32,000 nt of DNA, taken from an uncultured Pseudomonadota bacterium (lineage in GTDB: Bacteria > Pseudomonadota > Alphaproteobacteria > Rhizobiales > Xanthobacteraceae). Where the stretch lies: contig CAVXFJ010000004.1 of the NCBI GenBank assembly GCA_963760995.1, forward strand, positions 967,128 through 999,127, given 5' to 3'. Of this stretch, positions 26,626 to 32,000 are shown piece after piece. The stretch's first letter is position 1. Each line of letters starts with the position of its first letter. Position numbers and translations under genes: made by a program. The notes beneath the pieces were generated by a model. That model did not search any database. It was not told the DNA's origin and worked only from the letters and a program-made list of their open reading frames with translations.

Positions 26626-26976
26626 ATGGGCTATAACGCGCGAAACGACGAGGTAGGCGACAACGTCTCCCGCATGCGGGCCCAGTGGAGGGCCGAGTGG
26701 GACGCTTTGGCGACCGTGCGTCGCTTCAACGCGAGCCTTTCCGGAACCGGGTACGCGTGGTTCTGGCCGAAGATCGCCGCTGCGGTCGCCGCTAGGCATC
26801 CGTGGCTCGTGATCGCATGCGAGGGGTGCGGCATGGTGACCGACATGGACCTGCGCGTGAAGCCGCGGGACCCCGAGGCCTCGGTCCGCGTCGCGCTGCG
26901 CGACTTTCGGTGCCCGCGCTGCAACGGGCACGGCCGGCCGCGCGTCACGGCGCTCGCACGAAGCGCGTCGATCTGA
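26626..26976 (+). CDS. Small conserved hypothetical protein with a four-Cys zinc ribbon (CEGC...CPRC)
   Basis: A decayed paralog at 24501-24843 argues that this strand and frame is the real gene. The probable start is the MGYNARNDE ATG at 26626 rather than 26503. Confidence 0.65.
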   Translation: MGYNARNDEVGDNVSRMRAQWRAEWDALATVRRFNASLSGTGYAWFWPKIAAAVAARHPWLVIACEGCGMVTDMDLRVKPRDPEASVRVALRDFRCPRCNGHGRPRVTALARSASI

Positions 26977-27841
26977 GTGGAAGCCGGTTTGCGACCGAGC
27001 GAGCCCGTGCATCTTCGCTTCTTGACGAGCCGGCCGGGTCATCGGCCTGTACCAGGATGCTCGAGCCCTCCTGTCAGTCCGGCGGGAAAACCAAAAGGCA
27101 CATCCGGCTGACGCCCATTGTTCGGCACCAAAGAAGCGGTTGGCTAAGGTGCCGAACGGCCATTTCCATGGAACGAGAATCCACTCGAGCTCGTTCAATA
27201 ACAAGATTATCAAGAACCCGATGATCGCGATGACGAAAAGCCCGACATATATGCGCTCTCGAGCCTAACTGTGCCGGAGGCTAGTACAGGCTGAACCCTA
27301 GCGTCGGGGCCACAAGCAAATCCGTGGCCGCGACTTGAATTCGCATGCATTTGGCCCCCGTCGACTGAGCGACCCTAAAGCCGAGTTTGAACCATTTGCT
27401 TCTCGCGGGCGAGAAGGCGGTGTCGCGCCGGTGCGAAACCGGTTCATATTATTATTGAGTCTTATTATAGCTTTCAGCAGTCGGTTCTCACACCACAGGC
27501 TGCTGCCGAGTTAGGAGCGGACGTTAGGCGGAGGCCGTGGCTGGACGGCTCGTAATCCATAATTCGCAAAGCAAGACTGCAGTTGCGCAGCAGCACGAGG
27601 CGACCCAGAGAGGCTAGCCGTGCATGACGATTGATCAGGGTCAATGCCGGGCTGGCTCGAACTAATTAGTCTAACAAATTAGTTTTCGGAAGACGCCTAT
27701 CATGACGCTTTGAGCAGAGTAACGGCACGCAGAACATCCTTCATAGCTGCCATCATTCTGATGCCGTCGCTAGCCGCGCGGATTGCAACCGCGAAACGGA
27801 AAGCTTTACGAGACGCTGATCGCAATTTTTATTGGCCCCCC

Positions 27842-28963
27842 ATGCGCCTGAAGAAGCTCGCGACCATAGTCGGAGTCCTGATCATCGATATAGCGGTCGC
27901 GGTCGTGGCAATCGAGGCGTTAGCTTGGCTTTTGGGCTACAACCAAAGCGCCGGCAAATATCCCCACGGCCCTCTCGTCTTCCTGAAGGGAAGAGGGACG
28001 GTGATCGAACGGCATGGCAATGCGTTCACCTACGCTCCACACATGCAAGGCCGCAACGTCAACATTCATTATTCGGATGCGGACTTCGAAATCGATTTCG
28101 ACTACAGATTTCCAACCAACAATCTAGGCTTGGTGCAGACAAACGACGTTGTACCGGACAAGAAGTCGCTGCTCGTCGTGGGCGATTCCTACACCGAGGG
28201 CGTGGGCTCGCCGCCCTGGTTCGCCAAGCTCGCGCCCACGATAGAGAAGCACGGTCTGCAGCCGATTAATGGGGGCTTGCGCGGGACCGGCTTTCACATG
28301 TGGTGGCAGCTCATCCAGCATCTGCAGCGGCAAGGCCTGCAGATCGCCAAGCTGGTCGTCATCTTCACGTCTCCAGACTTCACCGCGCCACCCATGTCGT
28401 TTCCGGACGCTTATTTGAAGTGCCTTTCGGCGCCTGTTCTCAAAAATTGTAACCTCGAGGACTATTTCTTTATGCCGCTTCCGGGTCGTGACCAGTTACC
28501 GTTTTGGGTCGACCGGATCCGAAAAGCGCGAGCCGCCTGGGCCCTCGACGAGCAGACATGGATCGAGCAAAGATTAAAGGCGGCGATGCCAACGAGCTAT
28601 CGCATCTACGACTTCTTACGGCAAGAGATCGTGCCACCATCCGAGCCGACCGACGAAGAGACTGACGATGAAGCGTCGTCGCGCGCTGCCTTGCAGGCCA
28701 TGGCAAAGCGGTTCGGCATCGAGAATATTCTGTTCATTCATGTACCGATCAAAAACGAGCGAAGTCCGGAGCCGATCGGCTTGCGGGCTCGCTCCGCGAT
28801 CGCCGCGATCGGCGGCCAGTTTGTCGATGGTTTCCTGCGCTGCGGGCTTTCTCTCTCCGACTATCACGAATTCGACGGGCATCCGAACGAGGCCGGTTAT
28901 CGAAAGCTCACCATTTGTGTGACGCAGGCCATCGACCGTTTCGCGGCAAACCGGATTCACTGA
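27842..28963 (+). CDS. Membrane-anchored SGNH/GDSL-family hydrolase
   Basis: N-terminal TM helix LATIVGVLIIDIAVAVVAIEALAWLL. Block I is LLVVGDSYTEGVGS and block V is FDGHPNEAGY (DxxH). The ATG at 27842 is preferred over the TTG at 27710. Confidence 0.7.
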   Translation: MRLKKLATIVGVLIIDIAVAVVAIEALAWLLGYNQSAGKYPHGPLVFLKGRGTVIERHGNAFTYAPHMQGRNVNIHYSDADFEIDFDYRFPTNNLGLVQTNDVVPDKKSLLVVGDSYTEGVGSPPWFAKLAPTIEKHGLQPINGGLRGTGFHMWWQLIQHLQRQGLQIAKLVVIFTSPDFTAPPMSFPDAYLKCLSAPVLKNCNLEDYFFMPLPGRDQLPFWVDRIRKARAAWALDEQTWIEQRLKAAMPTSYRIYDFLRQEIVPPSEPTDEETDDEASSRAALQAMAKRFGIENILFIHVPIKNERSPEPIGLRARSAIAAIGGQFVDGFLRCGLSLSDYHEFDGHPNEAGYRKLTICVTQAIDRFAANRIH

Positions 28964-29086
28964 ACTCACGGCCTGCAACCGTCAGATGTGTTTAGGCGGG
29001 GACTGTCGACGGCGACGTCGTTGACGCAGATCAATGCCAACATTGCCGAATTTGGAGTTACTTATCGCCTTTCGATGGAGGACGAG

Positions 29087-29227
29087 ATGAGGACCAGAAA
29101 GACTGCTACAAAGCGTGGTTACGTTCGTCCGCAAATGCGCACCGTGGTCACCCCGAAGGAAATCCGGGACATCGACCAGCCGTGTGCCTTCGTCGAGCGG
29201 AAGAAGAAGAGGCGCGGCGGAAAATAA
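29087..29227 (+). CDS. Candidate small peptide or RiPP precursor (46 aa, MRTRKTATKRGYVRPQMRTVVTPKEIRDIDQPCAFVERKKKRRGGK)
   Basis: ATG at 29087 preceded by GGAGGA with a 5-nt spacer. The ORF lies immediately upstream of the radical SAM gene. A GC hairpin at 29238-29260 follows it. The peptide has a single Cys. Whether it is really coding is unproven. Confidence 0.4.
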   Translation: MRTRKTATKRGYVRPQMRTVVTPKEIRDIDQPCAFVERKKKRRGGK

Positions 29228-29237
29228 AACCCATGGT

Positions 29238-29260
29238 GCGGGCCGGCGATGTCGGCCCGC
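29238..29260 (+). promoter_or_regulatory. Stable GC hairpin between the small ORF and the radical SAM gene (possible partial terminator or attenuator)
   Basis: GCGGGCCG (29238-29245), loop GCGATGT, CGGCCCGC (29253-29260). It is followed by a C/T-rich tract rather than a clean T-run. Confidence 0.45.
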
Positions 29261-29304
29261 CCCCTTCTTCCCGGCATCATCCGCCATCCACCGAAGCTTG
29301 CGCC

Positions 29305-30924
29305 ATGAACGAGCGGGCAACGGTTTCTTCTCCCCACCTTCGCGATTTTTGCGTTTCGGGCCGTCACTACCTCGTAAACGGCTCGACCGGCCAGGCTTTT
29401 GAGGTCGACGACGGCGACGCCCGGCAATCCAAGTCAGCCATATCGTTCGGCGACCTGCGACAATTTGGCCATCTCGATGCCGCGGACAGCCGGTCGCTCG
29501 ATGCCAACCCGCCGCCTACCGGGATCGGCTCCGTCCTGTTGAACGTGACGCACCACTGCAATCTGGCTTGCGCCTATTGCATCATGGCGATGCCCGATTT
29601 GCAGCTGGCCTATCGCGACGAAAAGGGATCGCTGAACGAAAGCACCGGCAAGGCCAGCATCGATTTCCTGGCCAAGGCCGGCTATCGCGACGTCGTCAGC
29701 CTCACTTTCTTTGGCGGCGAGCCGCTGCTGAAATTCGATCTGATCAAAAAGCTCGTGGAATATGCCGAGAGCGAATATCCTGGGCGGTTCAGCTATCAGC
29801 TCATCACCAATGGCTGCCTGATGCGGCCGGAGATGTACGACTTCTTCCGCACCTACCGATTTTCGCTTCTCTGGAGTCTTGACGGCGAACCTGAGGTGCA
29901 CGATCGGCTGCGGCGCTTCAAGAAATCCGGCGACGGGAGCGTCTTCGCCCAGTCGTTCGCGGCGCTGCAGGATTTTCGCGCCGCGTGCCCGGAATGCCCC
30001 GTCGGCGTGAATGTCACCTATTTCAAGCAAACCGTGGAGCTGCCAGCGGCTCTGCATTTCTTCCACAGCCACGGCATCGAGGCAATTCGCATGGATCGCG
30101 GCCTGGTGCCGCGCGACAGCCCGCACGCAGTGGGCGTCGAGGAGACGGCGCGAGTCAAGGCGCAGCTCTCACAGGTCGCCGAAGAGTACCTCGATATGTT
30201 GTTGCGCGGCGAAGTCTTCAGCCTCAATCCCTTCGTCAACTACATGCGGATCATTTCGAAGCGCCTGCCGCGCTCGCGCGCCTGCAACAGCGGCTTGGAC
30301 TATGTGACCATTGCTGCCACCGGCGACATCTACTCCTGCTACAAGCTGCTTGGGCTCGCAGATTGCCGACTGGGCGACGTCTATCAGGGCTACGAGCGCG
30401 AGACGTCGATGCGGCTGTGGGAACGGCTGGATGTGGCCGAACGTCCGGGCTGTAGCAGCTGTTGGGCGCGATTCATCTGCGCCGGCGGCTGCGCCGCCGA
30501 CAACCGTCACCTCAACAATTCCTATGTCGCGCCGGCGCGGGAAAACTGCCTCATCTTCCTGCACGCGATCGAGCTTTCGATCCACATCTACTTCTCGCTA
30601 CTTGAGCGGGCCCCGCAGACCCTGAAGACCTTGCTCGCAGACGAGCATCTGCTCGACGAGGACCGTCCGCTGCGCCGCGGCGACTTTGGGCGCGCCGACA
30701 ACGACGGCAACTTCATCAATAAAGAAACCGGCGCAGTCTATCAGCTCAACGAAGCGGCGGCGCGGATTTACGCTTTATGCGACGGCGAGCATTCACTGGC
30801 CGACATCGCGTCGGCCGTTGCGGAGGACTACGACATCCCGCTGGGTCTGGCCTTGCTGGATTGCCGCGAGCAGATTTTCCGCATGGCCAAGACCGGGCTC
30901 GTCACCGTTCCGGCCGGATTGTAG
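29305..30924 (+). CDS. Radical SAM / SPASM-domain peptide-modifying enzyme with a fused C-terminal PqqD-like (RRE) domain
   Basis: CX3CX2C motif CNLACAYC at 29557-29580. Auxiliary-cluster Cys region CNSGLDYVTIAATGDIYSCYKL...RPGCSSCWARFICAGGCAADN. The C-terminal roughly 70 aa, GAVYQLNEAAARIYALCDGEHSLADIASAVAEDYDIPLGLALLDCREQIFRMAKTGLV, looks like PqqD. The ATG at 29305 is preferred over 29182. Confidence 0.85.
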   Translation: MNERATVSSPHLRDFCVSGRHYLVNGSTGQAFEVDDGDARQSKSAISFGDLRQFGHLDAADSRSLDANPPPTGIGSVLLNVTHHCNLACAYCIMAMPDLQLAYRDEKGSLNESTGKASIDFLAKAGYRDVVSLTFFGGEPLLKFDLIKKLVEYAESEYPGRFSYQLITNGCLMRPEMYDFFRTYRFSLLWSLDGEPEVHDRLRRFKKSGDGSVFAQSFAALQDFRAACPECPVGVNVTYFKQTVELPAALHFFHSHGIEAIRMDRGLVPRDSPHAVGVEETARVKAQLSQVAEEYLDMLLRGEVFSLNPFVNYMRIISKRLPRSRACNSGLDYVTIAATGDIYSCYKLLGLADCRLGDVYQGYERETSMRLWERLDVAERPGCSSCWARFICAGGCAADNRHLNNSYVAPARENCLIFLHAIELSIHIYFSLLERAPQTLKTLLADEHLLDEDRPLRRGDFGRADNDGNFINKETGAVYQLNEAAARIYALCDGEHSLADIASAVAEDYDIPLGLALLDCREQIFRMAKTGLVTVPAGL

Positions 30925-30951
30925 CGGGGGTCAATCCCAGGAGAGTCATCG

Positions 30952-31227
30952 ATGTCTCCACGCCGTCGACTTAAATCGTCTCTGCTGGTGACCGAAAAGA
31001 ACGAGCAACTCTTCGCGCTCGATACCGATAACGGGCGCGTGCACGAGCTCAATGTCACGGCCAAGGCCATTTTCGAGCTCTTTCGCGAGCCGTGCGAGGA
31101 AGAAGAAGCGGCCGCCGAATTCGCCCGCACCTTCGACGTTCCGTACGAGCAGGCGCTCGAGGACGTGCGCGACATGCTGGAGCGGTTCCGTAACAATGAC
31201 CTGCTCGAATTGAGCGCATTTGAATGA
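30952..31227 (+). CDS. Stand-alone PqqD-family (RiPP recognition element-like) protein
   Basis: 91 aa: EQLFALDTDNGRVHELNVTAKAIFELFREPCEEEEAAAEFARTFDVPYEQALEDVRDMLERFRNNDLL. AGGAGAG SD lies 7 nt upstream. Confidence 0.75.
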   Translation: MSPRRRLKSSLLVTEKNEQLFALDTDNGRVHELNVTAKAIFELFREPCEEEEAAAEFARTFDVPYEQALEDVRDMLERFRNNDLLELSAFE

Positions 31228-32000
31228 ATGGAGAATGCCTGACCATTCGCGTGGGCGACCAGACCTACGCACTGGAGAGCGCGGCGCCCGAAGACCTGGC
31301 TTATTTTGCGCGCGCCTATGCCGCCTGCCCTGGGAACCCCGCCGAGGTCACGGCCCGCTTTCTGCTCACGCACGTCGGAGCGCCATGGCAGGTGCATATC
31401 GGCGGCAAGATCTTCGCCGAGGGGCCGTTCGACCGGGTCGTGCGGCTGCTCGACTGGGAGTTGTCGCGGCGCGCTATCAAACAGGATTCGCCCTGTGCCG
31501 CATTCCACGCCGCTTGGATCGCGCGCGATCGGCAGGCGGCCATGCTTGCCGGCAAAGGTGGCGCTGGCAAGAGCCATCTTTGTCTGCAATTGGTGGACCA
31601 TGGTTTCGACTATGGTGCCGAGGATGTGACGTTCTGCAGCGGAAGCCGGCTGCTGCCGTTCCCGCGGGCTATCCAATTGCGCAAGAGCGACCCAATCCTC
31701 GAACGTATTGCGCCCGAGCGCCTTTTCGTCGGTTATGACGGCCGCATCTGCGTTGAGGTGCCGCGGCAAACAACTGCAATGGAAGCCGCCGCCGACAATC
31801 TGACGGTTATTTTTCTCGATCCCACGGCCACTACGAGCTCTGTGCAACCGCTGACCGCCTTCGAAGGTTTGCAGCGGCTGTTCGCGCTTTGCCACCGGCT
31901 GGACCGGGTCACCGCGCCCTTGTTCGACACGGTCGCGGGTCTTGCCGCGGCCGGCCGTATGTATGCCGTCCCGCAGCGCAACGCGGCGCATGCGATTCGA
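31224..32000 (+). CDS. HPr kinase/phosphorylase C-terminal-domain-like (HprK-related) P-loop kinase; 3' end beyond the window
   Basis: Not in the ORF track because no stop occurs before the edge. The ATG at 31224 overlaps the PqqD stop (ATGA). Hand translation gives MNGECLTIRVGDQTYALESAAP...AFHAAWIARDRQAAMLAGKGGAGKSHLCLQLVDHGFDYGAEDVTF..., open for 259 codons. It parallels the HprK pattern G.SG.GKSE.AL.L...GH.L.ADD. Confidence 0.75.
   Translation, partial: MNGECLTIRVGDQTYALESAAPEDLAYFARAYAACPGNPAEVTARFLLTHVGAPWQVHIGGKIFAEGPFDRVVRLLDWELSRRAIKQDSPCAAFHAAWIARDRQAAMLAGKGGAGKSHLCLQLVDHGFDYGAEDVTFCSGSRLLPFPRAIQLRKSDPILERIAPERLFVGYDGRICVEVPRQTTAMEAAADNLTVIFLDPTATTSSVQPLTAFEGLQRLFALCHRLDRVTAPLFDTVAGLAAAGRMYAVPQRNAAHAIR

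Noticed and set aside
27120-27157. Perfect 10-bp inverted repeat GTTCGGCACC ... GGTGCCGAAC with an 18-nt loop
   Set aside because: No T-run on either side and no adjacent gene end, so I did not call it a terminator. Its function is unknown and it is recorded only as a structure.
26425-27213. 262-aa reverse-strand ORF covering the zinc-ribbon gene
   Set aside because: The + strand frame is supported by a decayed paralog at 24501-24843 that ends at the same stop position. The reverse ORF starts at a TTG in mid-helix and has a shadow-ORF composition.
28982-29320. 112-aa reverse-strand ORF opposite the small basic ORF
   Set aside because: It has no SD, a low-complexity Arg-rich end, and it spans the intergenic hairpin and the rSAM start. 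The + strand ORF has a strong SD and a sensible context. Neither reading is proven.
30828-31991. 387-aa reverse-strand ORF, plus the 31220-31738 (+) and 30946-31272 (-) ORFs
   Set aside because: They are Arg/Pro/Gly-rich shadow ORFs lying opposite or out of frame to the PqqD-like and HprK-like genes, whose translations show recognisable family motifs.
1-32000. CRISPR arrays, rRNA genes, IS elements with terminal inverted repeats
   Set aside because: Reading both strands, I saw no regularly spaced repeat-spacer pattern, no rRNA-like conserved stretches and no transposase-like ORF.

Overview
High-GC, alphaproteobacterial-looking chromosomal window (taxonomy is inferred only from codon style and protein families). 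Positions 1-8976 are an ordinary catabolic and transport locus: amidinotransferase-fold enzyme, GabT-type aminotransferase, cupin, IclR regulator, NitT/TauT-type ABC transporter, amidohydrolase-like protein, RidA and GST. From about 8977 to the right edge the DNA looks accessory. It contains a frameshifted DNA methyltransferase remnant. It also has three direct copies of a 14-15 nt sequence, TGGCGGAGGGAGAG(G), at 9820, 12998 and 26296. On the reverse strand this reads like a tRNA 3' end (..TCCCTCCGCCA), and the copies split the region into segments. Segment 1 (9820-12998) carries a PAS-GGDEF-EAL gene and a MEDS-LuxR regulator. Segment 2 (12998-26310, about 13.3 kb) is a P4-like integrative element. 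It has an integrase, an AlpA-like gene, a Zn-ribbon/Toprim protein, a P4/D5-family primase-helicase and an iteron-like array. Its cargo is visibly more AT-rich: three VPLPA/PEP-CTERM-type secreted proteins, an Excalibur-domain membrane protein, a putative lipoprotein, a decayed zinc-ribbon gene and a two-gene cassette of unknown function. Segment 3 (26310 to beyond 32000) carries the intact zinc-ribbon paralog, a membrane-anchored SGNH hydrolase and my top candidate for a novel system. That candidate is a RiPP-like cluster. It consists of a small, very basic ORF, a GC hairpin, a radical SAM/SPASM enzyme with a fused C-terminal PqqD-like domain, a stand-alone PqqD-like protein, and an HprK-like P-loop kinase. 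The kinase ORF runs off the window and is missing from the ORF track. No rRNA, intact tRNA or CRISPR array was recognised. All family calls rest on motif recognition by eye; no database search was run.
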